This document shows positions 51,024 to 62,999 of a DNA stretch of 64,000 bases, piece by piece (positions within the stretch are counted from its first letter, which is position 1; every line of letters begins with the position of its first letter). Both the position numbers and the translations under genes were made by a program. The stretch is from Lama glama (lineage: Eukaryota): contig CM052817.1 of NCBI GenBank assembly GCA_028534125.1, forward strand, positions 54,748,001-54,812,000, in the 5' to 3' direction. The notes below the pieces were generated by a model. It was not told the DNA's origin. It was given only the letters and a program-made list of their open reading frames with translations, and searched no databases.

Positions 51024-52329
51024 TACGGTTATACAAAGTAGAACACCCTCCTGTAGAATTGCTTATAAAATTCTCTGTAACAATCAACAATATTTTGTTT
51101 CTATGGGTAATCAGCTGGGGTATGAATATAGCTTTGTCATACAGGGCATTTATTTGTTCTTGCAGGCATTCTAATGGAGCTCCCCCCCTATTTTAATCTG
51201 TGTTGTGCGAGAGAAAGCATAAGAATAGAATAATGTTATAAATAAAGTTAGATGAAAACTTAGCCTTTGGGTCAATTGAAAGTGAAATAGCTCAATAGTA
51301 AGTTTTTTTGAACTTAACTGCTTGTCTGTCCAAATAGAAGCCCCATCACGTAAAGCCCATACATGAGAGCTTATAGAAACAAACCCAAAATTATTGGCAG
51401 AAAATACACCAGCAGCAATGAAATACCTAAGCCAACTGTGAATTACCTATACAGAAGACAGGATTTTAGTATGTAGCAGGAAAAAAATCTATGTAACATG
51501 GCACGTAGAAATAAACAGATGACTATTTTAGATGAGGAGCACAGGGCAATTGAACTTTCCACCACTTGGATGCAAATATGATTGCTCAAATGATTGTGAC
51601 ATTCTGAATTGTAATTTGCTTAGTATCTCTGTCCTCACTGTTTGGCATTACGGCTACCAGATGGTTATTATTATTTACTGTTTAAAACAGGAAACCTACA
51701 TGATGGACCAATCCTAGATAAATAACAGGTTGTAGCCCCAGAGAGCTTACAGTTAAGAGACACAAGATGGCATAATGTAGAACAAACAAGACAAGAATAC
51801 TGACCATCCCCTGCAACTGAGATCCTTAATAAGGCAGGGAAACAATTTAGAAATCAGTGAAAGAAGAGATAAGAATTTTGAAAAATATATACATACATAT
51901 GGGGTTATTACTAACTTTTCCTCAGTATCTATGATTTAAATATGTAGAATGCTTAGATGTCATGTTACCTAGGCCAAAAGGGCTGTATATATAGGAATGT
52001 CAAAATCAGCACAGGGGGAAAAAAAGGGTGAACACAAAACATATGAAAAAATGTATAGATTTTATGAATAGTTGTAGGGAGTGAATCTGCTGCTAATGTT
52101 AGAATCATGAAAAAAATTACCCTACAATGTTATTTAGTGGCTAACACATGATACATATAGTAGAATATTTTATATATATAAATATATATATATGGTAGGT
52201 AGCTCACATTTTAAAGCAAAATTTTGGAAGTATTTATAAATTCTTTTGGGGACTATAAATTCTTTATAAAGCTGGGTATTCTTAATCTTAAAGATTATTA
52301 GAACAACTACCTTAGAGTCTAAAATTCAT

Positions 52330-53490
52330 CCTAAAGAGTATCCCAAATGATATTAAAGGATTTTAAAAAGGGTAAAACTAATCAAATTGTGTTCTCAAAA
52401 GATCACTGTAGTAACAATGAGATGAAATTTAGTGGAATTAGAAGGATATGACTATAATCCAGGTAATAAGGAATGAGAGCTTGGAGAATGGCTAGAGAAA
52501 TAGCAAAGGTGAATTGTTTTCAAGGGATTTAAAAAAGGAGAAATTATAGGTCTTTGTAATTAATAGAGGGAGTCAGTCATTGAGAAGGGGGAAATCTAGG
52601 GTAATCAGAAATTAATGACATCAGTTGTGGTGCCATTGACTAATATAAGGAGCATGGAAAAAGGACATACTTTGAAACTTTGAATTGTCTGTGAGACATG
52701 TAAGTGACACATGTTCAAGAGGGATTGAATGTATAGATTTGGAGATGGGCAGAAAATTCAAAATTAAGTACACAAGTAGTGGAAAGAGCAGATATTCAGT
52801 CCAGACTGTCACATGTGTGCAGAGCACCATAGGTACTGGGCCAGGGGCTGATGAGACAGTGATGAACTGAACACTCTCCTCAACTGCTTACAGCCTGCTG
52901 GGTAAGGAGACCAGTATTTAGAGGTACAACTGGAAATTGCTGCACTTGAAAAATATGCTTGAATTGACTGGTTGGGTAAAAATGAACATCCTCATTCACC
53001 TGTTTTGCAAAAACTGTTAATTTGGGGCACCACTGGATTTGTCAGAAAACTTAAGTATTGTTGCCTTTTAATGTTTGTATTTTTTAGTGCAAAAGTAATG
53101 CATAATCATTATGCAACATACAGATAAGCAAAATAACAGGTTATTCACAAATATTTATAATGTGCCTAATATGTATGAAGTATTGTGATGTACACCGACA
53201 ATTTCTTGCCCTCCCTGCTCCAGTCCAAAAGAAGTGTGCTTCCTTCCTGCCATTCTTGACGCTTGTACATGTGATATCCTAGTTTTTCTTCTTTTCCACT
53301 TTTACCTTACTTATTCCTGTTTGTCCCTCCAGTTGCTACCTCCTGTGTTTCTTACTGTGGGATTTCTCCTTTGACCCATGGTACCTCCCAGGCAGACTGG
53401 GTTATGTGCTTTCCTGGTGTCTTACACTTACTCAGCTCTCTTAGTGAATTTCCCAACACGTTGTAATTGCCTGTTTTCTAGCACCAGGCT
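52330..53490. mobile_element. L2 fragments in both orientations
   Basis: 'aaaagatcactgtag', 'ggtgccattgactaatataaggagcat' (-); 'cctcccaggcagactgggtt', 'ttgtaattgcctgttt' (+). Confidence 0.6.
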
Positions 53491-54844
53491 AAAACTAATT
53501 TGGCCAAAAGCATATTGGTCAATGGGACAGTATGCCTAAAATGAATATTTGAAAATCAATATTTCTAGCTACAGGATTTAATTTTTAACACTGATTTTGG
53601 CACATGTAAAGGCCATTTATAGCTCTTCATGAATCATCATATTTTGCCCATTCTTTTACTAATTATTTCTAATTTTTCTTTTAAATCAAATTTTTCTCAC
53701 TTCTCGGCCAACCTTTCTACTTTACAATCTTTGCAATCGTCAGATGTTGACATAATTCACAGGATTATTTCAAGCAAATTAAATGATCAGTTATAATGAC
53801 TGAGATGAGAAGTGGAAAAGCTGAGCAGTCTTACAAGCCATTTGAGACGTGGGTTTCAGCCCATGACTTGAAGATCACCTTCTAGTACTTGACCTTCACT
53901 GTTGTCACAGGCATGGTGACATCAAAAACAGGATGGCAGACAATAAATGATAGATACATATTAAAGGTCTGCATTATATGTATAACCAACATCAGGGAAC
54001 ATTTAGCACATGACTCATTTAAAGTTGATGTTCCATCTATAAGATTCAGATGGCCTGGATATGAAATCCCATGACCAGAAAACAAAAAAGCATGAGAGCC
54101 AGTGTTCAAAAGCTTCATTATCCCCAACTCAAGGTCACAGTCCCAGGTCCAGAGAATGGGTTATCACCAGGAAATTGTTTGGCCTTTCTGCTTCAATATA
54201 AGGTGGCTCTTTCTGTAGGTTACACGAGGTCCCCATGAGATTTTACCCATTTATGTTTTATCTCTACATTGCTCTTGACCTAAATTACTCCGTTGGAAAA
54301 TAGTAAGAGGCAATATGGCCTTTTAAGCCTGGAGTTCCCCAGTTACGTCTGTGCTGGCAACAAACATGCCTGAATCACGGATCATGGGTTAAGTCAGTGT
54401 GATGCCACTTTCTGCCTTCCTTCAGTGAGGTACACACCGAGCTTTATCACCAGCTCCAGCGTCCTGATTGGTGGCCTAGAGATACATAGTGGCCCGATGC
54501 TGGGCACTTTAAATAGCCAGGATGCATTTCTTTTAGTCATAAGTATATTACAGAACACCTGGAATATCTCTTCGCGTTTCAAACAAAGGACTTTTAGATA
54601 CAGTTAGCACTTTTTTCTTTAGTTAAAACATTGATCAGAACATAAAGCCTTGAGTTCTACTTTGCACATTGAGAGGAAGACAAAACCAACATCTCGTTCC
54701 AAGTTTTAGGACCTTATCCCAACAGATAATGCCTTGAAGGTAGAAGTGATTTACACTCTGTCTTGGGGGATAGAGCAGTGCCTGGTGCTTCTGAAAGGTA
54801 ATTAGCAATTTCCTCCTCTACATCCCCCTAACAACACATTCATA

Positions 54845-54970
54845 TTGCCATCTATTCATTAAATCAACAAATATTCACTGAGCCCCTAAAATAAGGCAAG
54901 CATTACAGCATATGGGGTATAGTAGTGACCAAAACAGACAAAGTTTCTGCCTACATGGGGTTTAAGTTTT
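54845..54970 (-). mobile_element. L2 3' end
   Basis: 'tcaacaaatattcactgagc', 'gtgaccaaaacagacaaagtttctgcct'. Confidence 0.75.
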
Positions 54971-56206
54971 ATTTTATCGCAAAACAAACATGTATAGACC
55001 ATGTTTTAATGCTTTATTAGGACATATGACTTTTATTCAGCTGTGATGCCGTAAAAGACAAGAACATCACAAACTGTCACATTCTTTTATATGGTCTGGA
55101 CATCAATGCACATGTGGTCAAAAGTAATTTGACCTCAGCGTATCAACTCAGAGTTTTAGTTTAACTTGTGCACAGGAGCTAGTAAGCTAGCAGGACTTAG
55201 TCTGTTTTTGCCATTCTCTTTGTTGACGTCACCAGGTGTATGACAGTAATGGATTAGAGTTAGGGAGCATCTGTCATTGAACTGAAGATTCTAATACCAA
55301 TGGACAAGTGCTAGGAGGTGATCCTCAGGTCATCTGCTGACACGTGTGTCTCAGTCACTGATGACAGAATGCTAGGCCATTGGCAAAGATTCTCACTGCT
55401 ATCATTGGATCTCTACTCAGCGCAGTGACTGGGAGTGGTGTCACTCTGGAAAGGTCTTAAGTTTTCTTTCTTGATCAGTTAGGTTATGTTTCTTAGGCTT
55501 TTCTTTATTCCTTTCAGTAATTTTCCATCATTTGATCATTTATATGGTTAATGGTGATAGGGAACATGTGAGAGGGAGTCACATTCTGCTGCAGGAGCTA
55601 TTTGACCTTGTGATTTTTGCCCGTGTATTTTCTAGCATGCCAGACAGTCACATATAGTTCCATGAAAAGTATTATAAAACATACATTTGCCCAGGATGTG
55701 AAGTGAATTTTTATTCTCTGATCCCTGATGACAGGTGATGACCCAGTGCCTCCTTTGTTCCCAGTGACTGAACTAAACTAGAAAAATGATCTTAGATTTT
55801 TAAACTCACTCTAGATTTGAGGAGCCTTGTTGGGAGGAGGGAGGAGATGGGAAGGGAGGGGAGGAGAGCTCAGATTACAAAGGATGTCCTGGCCCATATC
55901 CCCAGCATATGGGATAAAAGGCCACTGGATGAGAGGGATATATGTAACAGTGAGATGCAGGTGATCAGTGTAAAATTTTGAGGTTTGTGATACTATCGAG
56001 CTGTCACCAGGGTGATAAGTCTGCTGACCAGAAGGGTTTGCGAAGTAGAAAAACAGTAATGGTGTGGAGGTTGGTAAGTCTTACTCCACGGCAACCAACA
56101 GAGTTGACCAGGAAGAGGACCAGGCTGTTAGCTTGACTTTAAGCATGAGAATGACATCATCAGCATTATGCTTTAAAAGTACTAGTTGTGCTTCAGAGTG
56201 AAGACC

Positions 56207-56380
56207 TGATGTGTGCTAGTAAATCAACTTAAGTGTTTGTTAATTTCTGTGATGCAAATACTTGCTCTGTGGCCAATCTAAAGCTACCAATGGTTTGACA
56301 ATTCACTAAAAAAAAAAATCCCCATGTATTTAACTATTGATTCTCATGAGTCAGTAAGAGCTGTCACCAATACACTACTG
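56207..56380. mobile_element. MER63-like hAT element
   Basis: 'gatgtgtgctagtaaa', 'aagctaccaatggttt', 'tctcatgagtcagtaagagctg...acactactg'. Confidence 0.65.
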
Positions 56381-56439
56381 GCTGAAGAGTGAGATTTTAA
56401 GTATTATTGTTCTTTTTTCTTAAGACCTCAAGTTTAGAT

Positions 56440-57060
56440 GTAGGACATCCAGGTAGAAGCCTGTTGCAGTCATTTAAACATGAGCATATGGATGATAGTA
56501 GATAAAGTAGTGTCATTTTAGGGAGAATAGGAAAGAATGTTTGAATCTAAAGCCAAAAGAAAATGTTTTAGAATAAATGTGGTGAATTACGGAGTAGAAG
56601 TGTTCAAGGATGACTTCAGGGTCAAAACTGAGTAATGGGGTAGATGGTGGTCCCATTCACTAAGATAGGAAAGAGAAGAAAGATGGATTAATAATCCAGT
56701 TTAAGATATGTTGAGCTTGAGATACTTAGAAATCTTCAAGGCGACTTTTTCCAGTGCAGTTAGTGATAGAGCAGAGTCTCCAAAAAGGTGAGTGATGAGG
56801 ACACAGAAAACACAACAGGTAGATATTCTCTCATTGAAGGAGGAAAGTGTAGATTCTAATAGATTTGTTCTTGGCCTGGAAGGAAGTTGAAAGAGTGCTT
56901 AGCTGCTGTCACTGATTGTTCAGTAAAGTAGGCCAAGGCTGAGGAATAAATAATACAGAAGCTCTGAGAAGACATGTGAACATTTAGGGATATTTACTAA
57001 GGAGAATGAGTAGGAGAGATGCCTAAAAGTTTCCTAGGGAATATTAAAGATCCGAATGAA
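56440..57060 (-). mobile_element. L2 fragment
   Basis: 'tcaaggatgacttcagg', 'gtagatggtggtcccattcactaagatagga', 'atgttgagcttgagat'. Confidence 0.75.
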
Positions 57061-57254
57061 ATTTATATTTGTATTGGTTTTGACTGAATGCTTTAAATAA
57101 CTACATTCTCAGTTAGAGTAATTCAAGATTATATATTAAATTATGTTGTTTTATACTATCCTACATTATTAGTCTCTAAATCAAATCTTCCAGACAATTC
57201 TAATATAATCTCATTCTATATTCCAAAAGCAATTTTTTTTGCCTACGAATAGTT

Positions 57255-57645
57255 TTTTTAAAAAAATTTTTTCAGATATAGTTGACATAATTGATATTTG
57301 TTGACCATAATTGATATTTGTATATATTGTGAAATGATCACCACAATAAATCTAGTTAACATCCATCACCATACATAGTTACAAATTTTTTTCCTGTGAT
57401 GATTAACCCCTTTCACCCTGCAAAAATTTGCACCCTTCATTTCCCTCTGGCAACCACCAATCTGTTCTCTGTATCCATGAGCTCAGTTTTTTTGGTTTGT
57501 TTATTTTTAGGTTTCACATTTAAATGAGATCATATGGTATTTTTCTTTCTCTCGCTGATTCACCTAGCATAATGCCCTTAAGTTCCATCCATGTTGTTGC
57601 AAATGGCAGGATTTCCTTCTTTTTTATAGCTGAGTAATATTCCAG
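57255..57645 (-). mobile_element. L1 (L1MA/MB-type) 3' end
   Basis: 'gaaatgatcaccacaataaatctagttaacatccatcacc', 'ctctggcaaccaccaatctgttctctgtatc', 'ccatgttgttgcaaatggcaggatttcc'. Confidence 0.9.
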
Positions 57646-57649
57646 CAAA

Positions 57650-57860
57650 CACATGTATGGTGCCTACCTTCTAAGAGTTTTATGTATTACTCACTCGTTT
57701 CATGCTCATAGCAGTCCTAATAGGCAAGTACTATAATCTTTTTTATTTTGCAGATTAAAAAAAATCTAGTCTTAGAGGATTAGTAACTTCTCCAATGTCA
57801 TCTGACACAACCAATTACAACCAGCCTCACTGGCTCCCAAGCTGATGCTTCTAATCACTT
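57650..57860 (-). mobile_element. MIR SINE
   Basis: 'attttgcagatt', 'tagtaacttctccaatgtca'. Confidence 0.65.
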
Positions 57861-58356
57861 CCCCTGCCTCTCTGTGTAGACTATCTATAGATGCTGTTCA
57901 CAGACATCAATTATTTTATCATTATGTGAACTATATTAAGGATGTAAACCAAGAAAATGTAAACAAAATAGGGAGGCAATGAGTGAGTCCCCTTCTCACT
58001 TTCATTTATTGATACTTGAGGAAATAATAGTTCAACACAAGATATAATCACAGATAGCATAACCTTTAAGAATGCAAGAAACATCTTCTATGATGCTCTA
58101 TGTGGACGGTGTTTTATTCTCATCAAAAGTTAAGAAAAATCTATAAATTCTCTTTCATCTCAGCATAGAAGTCATTCCCAGGCCATCACATACAACTATG
58201 GTATTTAAGGGAATCCCTGCAGCATCAACAGTAACATAAATAAAGTGTTAGGGTTATAAACGCACATGATGAAATCTATATTTTAAGGAATAGCTATTCT
58301 GTAATTACATAAATTGATATAGCTCTGAAATTAGCATGTCAGTGTTCTTGTAAAGA

Positions 58357-58438
58357 TATGATCGATCCAGTTGAAGCAAAATGCAAGAGAAAAATTTATG
58401 ATCAATCCAGTTTAAGCAAAATGCAACAGAAAAATTTA
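58357..58438. repeat. 40-bp tandem duplication
   Basis: tatgatc(g/a)atccagtt(g/t)aagcaaaatgcaa(g/c)agaaaaatt twice, 3 mismatches. Confidence 0.95.
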
Positions 58439-59214
58439 ACATTTCCTCAATGACTCATGCATGTAAGTTTTACTAACACCTAAGAACAATGGATTTTATG
58501 TCATGCATATTTTGTGGTCTTTATGAATATACTAATATTAAAATGAATTATTTGGATAATAAGTTATAATGACTTAATTTCAACTCATCAAGTAAAAATA
58601 CGTAACAAATATTTTTAAGTATTTTAAATATTTTGATTTAAAAAATTTTTAAACATTTTAAATACTTTTAAATATTTTTAAAAAAGAAACATGCAGACCA
58701 AACTGACATCTATAGTTCAGATTCTAGCAGCCAGAGAGCTGATCAAGTGAGTTGGATTCCTCACAGAATATTTTTCTAAGTCTGGTTCACAAATCTCTGA
58801 AAAATTACAATAGCACTATACTTTAAGTCATATTTTAAGTTATATTATTATATTTAAAAATTGTATTTGCCTTAGACTTAGTATATGATTATCTACACAA
58901 TAAAGCTTTTGGTAAAACAGCCTGTTTTTCTGCGATAGCACTGACTGCTGAGTACATCAGTTTTATTCTCACAACTATTTATAAGCATCAATACGAAGAA
59001 CATCATGCTTTTAAAAATGCCCTGTGGCATCCCAAACTCATTTATATTGTATTAGCTGCTAATTCAGTAATGGGCTCCTTTTTTTTGTTGATCTAATAAC
59101 ATGAACAATGAGTTTGAACAAAACTTTACGTGGTGCTTACTTAAGGATGAGAATTTGGTATGTTTCTAAAGAGTTTCCCTACTTCTATTTTTTTAGCACA
59201 TTAACGCATACCAT

Positions 59215-60160
59215 ACGTCAATTTAGTTCAATAAACATTATTAAGGGTGTACTATGTGTCAGACAATGTTAATTGCTAGTGGTAAAATTGCTGGGTGAGA
59301 TATTATAAGAGTATATTTATTCCAGGAGTTCACTTATTATAAGAAAAAGAGTATGAGGCAATCCATGGTAGAATGTACTCATTAAACACAGTTACTGGGC
59401 AACTACCATGTACCAGAGTCATATACACAGTGTAGTCTCTGAACAATCAAATATTTAACCTTGAGAAAGTGAGGTGAGTTTTCTTGAAGGTGACATCTAA
59501 GCTAGGTGGTACTACAGTGAAGGAAGAAGCATATACAAAGGTAGAGAGATGTGAAAGAGCAAAAGTCGGAAATATTTAAGTGGTTTGATGTTGGTGAATT
59601 ATGGAGTATGAAAAGCAGAAAATGGATCAAGAGTCACATCATGAAGGGACATAAAATAGATAATCACTTTCCTCTGCTGTCATACCTTCAGGTGTTCTCC
59701 CTTCCATATCAAATCCATCCTGAATATTTACATATGGAAATAAAGATTTTTTAAAAATCTGATACTAGCCTACCTTTCCATCTTTGATAGCTCATTATTT
59801 CACTCCAGGCAAATCTAGTATTTGCTCTTGTCCTAAAAATATTTGACACTCTCTCACTTTGCCTCTTTGTTCATGGTGTTCCTTGTGCCTGAGAAGCTAT
59901 GAATATTTGTCATGATTCCATCCCCGCTTGAAGCCGTAGATCAAAAGGCACAAATGTAAGAGACGGGCAAAGATTTCCCAGCTGAGTATTACCTGTTGTC
60001 TTCCTGGAATCCCCCTGGGTTCTGATAATTCAAGATACTCTTTCATTTGGAAACCTCTCACAGCACTGAGCTTTTAATTTGTGTATGTTTCTGCTTCTTA
60101 CAAGCTTAAAAGTTCCTTTAACCAAGCAATGTGTCTTATTGATCTTTTATTTCTTGCTTC
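59215..60160. mobile_element. L2 fragments (minus then plus)
   Basis: 'ttcaataaacattattaagggtgtactatgtgtcagaca', 'gaaggtgacatctaagct' (-); 'agcctacctttcca', 'caatgtgtcttattgatcttt' (+). Confidence 0.65.
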
Positions 60161-60164
60161 TTAC

Positions 60165-60555
60165 ATTAATTAGAAAAGCATAGGATATAGTTAAAAAAAA
60201 AAAAGAATCCCCCAAAGTAATGTCTGTACTCAATAGAAGCTTATTTCATGCCCATGGAAAAGTCCTGGGCAAGTGGACAGGTTAGCTGTGCAGCTCTCCT
60301 CTGCACTCAGGAACCCAGGCTGTTAGACTCTGCAATTTGGAGCAAGTATTTTCCAAAGCTAACACTGGCATTAATGTTCCAGCCAGCCAGAAGGGAGAAT
60401 GGGCAGGGGATGTGAGGAAGTTTATGTACGACTGGCACGCCTCACTTATGTTCCTTTAGCTGTAGCTTAGTCATATGGCTACACTTAACAGAAAAGGAGT
60501 CATGCATTTCTAGTCCACATAATTTGAGTATGCAGCTACTCATCTCTGCCATATT
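60165..60555 (-). mobile_element. MLT1J-like MaLR LTR
   Basis: 'aatagaagcttatttc', 'ctcaggaacccaggctg', 'cttagtcatatggctacacttaac'. Confidence 0.75.
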
Positions 60556-60584
60556 GGGGAGTCATAAACCTTACATATAAAAAT

Positions 60585-60800
60585 ATTAGCCAATATTTAT
60601 AGAGCATTTACTACATCAGTTTTTCCTAAGTGACTTACAAGTATTAACTTATTTACAAAACCTTATACATGTAGATGCTCTCATATCTCTTATAGTTGAA
60701 GAGATTGAAACAGGCAGTTTAAAAAAATTTGCCAGGTCACAAGGCTAGTATGTGGTAAAGCAAAGTGTTGATCCCAGAGTCTGTATGCCATAATGCCTTC
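60585..60800 (-). mobile_element. MIR SINE
   Basis: 'atttatagagcatttacta', 'tttgccaggtcacaaggctagta'. Confidence 0.75.
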
Positions 60801-61817
60801 AGGAGAGTAAACTCTCAATATATGATCACTGAACGAACACAATGTAGGTATTTCAAGTAAGTAATCATCTCTAGGAATCAAAGTTGAAACATTAACGTTT
60901 GTATTTCAGTTTCCATATTTACAGAATGGGGAAATGGTTTATTTGAGTGAAACTCGAGAAACTTGTTAGGGGTCTCCATGCAAAATGTTTACGAAACACT
61001 TTTTAAAGGACACTGGAATGGTTTATAGAATCCTAATGAGTTTCATTATCAACATATTATATGGAAATACTAGGCAATAGGCTATTTTTCACATTTCATT
61101 GTTCACTATAATTCTTAATCAATAAATGAAAGTCTACAATAAATATAAAAGCAGTTTACCTACCCTTCATTTAAAACACTGCCTGGAGGTGATTGGTGTG
61201 CCAGACATCCTGGAGTCTGTGTATTGATAGCCGAGCCTCTGAGTAAGTCAATGGATTTGTGCCTTGAAACCAGTTCAAAAAGCATTTTACCAATTCACTG
61301 AACACTGAAGGTAAAAGTGTAATGGAAAGGTCTTTAGTGAGTGAGATCATCCATTCTTGTGGTTTGTTTTTACTTTTTAATAAAAGGTAACCAATATGTC
61401 TTAACAGGTCATCACTTTTTTAGTTTGCTTCAGACTTACACCCTATCCTGTGTGATCCCCTCTACCAAGAAAAGCTTTCATTTATTTCATTTTGAGCAGC
61501 CAACTGCTAACTTGGAGTCTCTTGGCTCAATCAACCAATCCCAAAGCATTTTGCAAAGCATTAACCCTGAATGATTTTATGGGATGTTTCTTAAGTCCTC
61601 CCTTATTAACTGAGGGAAGTGTATGTATTGCTTCATAGGCATGACTTAAATATTAAGCTTGTGCTTATGGATGGATATTTCTATTTATGAAGATATATAT
61701 GACTACCATCTTTTGACTTCCTAACAACTATACCACATACATTTTTTTTGCCTGTTACTATTTATAATTTCTTAGTATCTATGAAATTGTATTTTGATTT
61801 TCATTTATGTATGCATA

Positions 61818-61975
61818 TTTTTTAATTGAAGTATGGTCAGTTTACAGTGTTGTATCAATTCCTGGTGTATAGCATAATGCTTCAGACATACATGAATATA
61901 CACATATGTGTTTTCATATTTTTTCACCATAAGTTAGTACAAGATATTGAATATAGTTCTCTGTGCTATACAGTA
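61818..61975 (-). mobile_element. 3' end of an inverted (twin-primed) L1
   Basis: 'ttaattgaagtatggtcagtttacagtgttgt...aatatagttctctgtgctatacagta'. Confidence 0.9.
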
Positions 61976-62391
61976 ATAAACTCAAAATGGCTGAAAGACT
62001 TAAAGACACTATAAATCTCCTAGAAGAAAACATAGGCAAAACATTATCTGACCTAAATCTTAGCAATGTTCTCCCAGGGCAGTCTACCCAGGAAATAGAA
62101 ATAAAAGTGAAAATAAATAAATGGGACTTAATTAAACTTACAAGCTTTTGCACAGCAAAGGAAACCATAAGCAAAACAAAAAGACAACCTACAGTATGGG
62201 AGAAAATGTTTACAAAAGGTGAGACTGACAAGGGCTTAATTTCCAGAATATATAAACAGCTTAATAATGAAAAACATACAATCCAATCCAAAATTGGGCA
62301 GAAGACCTAGACTTGCAATTCTCCAATTAAGACATACAAGTGGCCAATAAGCACATTAAAAAAGTTCAATATTGCTAATTATTAGAGAAAT
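61976..62391 (+). mobile_element. Inverted ORF2 segment of the same L1
   Basis: ORF 61963-62310 (LLEENIGKTLSD..KINKWDLIKLTSFCTAKETI..KRQPTVWEKMF..DKGLISRIYKQL) is L1 ORF2. Confidence 0.93.
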
Positions 62392-62429
62392 ACCATATTC
62401 TCTTGATAATGATACTTCAGTTTCCATCT

Positions 62430-62965
62430 GGAGTACCACTCATTCCTCCATCCTTTATTGAAGTAGGTTATTATCTTTTGAGTTTGTGCTATGCACATAT
62501 CTGGATGGAGAATCACATTGTTTGATTCAAAGATGGGCTAAGGGAATTCATAAGATTTGGACTAGGGGTACTGACACAGATGGACAAACTGTTTTCTGCT
62601 GAATTGAAGCTGGAAGAATGAAAAGCTGGCATTACTATAACCATCTCTCATTAACTTATCCATTAACTTAATTATTTACTCAACAAAATATTAACCAACA
62701 CCTACCATGTGCCTAACTCATGCTTGGGATGCAGAAGTGAACAAATTAGACAAAAATGCTGGTCAATTAGCTGTAAGAGTCAGCTTGAGAATGGAGCTAA
62801 CACAGTTGAAGTAGAGCTGAGAAATTTGAGGATTAGGGTTTGCCAACATTTTGTCCCAGGATCAAGCCTGCCTTAGAGTTCACACTGGAAGGAAAATTCT
62901 ATTTCACAAGCCAACACTTTTCCTTCTTAAGTTAGTGTAGGTTAAATCTGTCACCTGTACTCAAA
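62430..62965 (+). mobile_element. Old MaLR/ERVL LTR (MLT1K-like) with a nested L2 3' piece (~62650-62760)
   Basis: 'gagaatggagctaacacag', 'aagccaacactttttccttcttaagttagt...tctgtcacctgtac'. Confidence 0.55.
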
Positions 62966-62999
62966 TATTATTTATTTTGTTGGGTGATGCAATTAATAT

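Noticed and set aside
58357..58438. CRISPR-like repeats (also 23523-23616)
   Set aside because: Only two adjacent units, no spacers, no cas genes, mammalian DNA.
58605..58690. AT-only quasi-palindromic tract as a structured RNA
   Set aside because: Low-complexity aaatatttttaa slippage repeats; self-complementarity is compositional.
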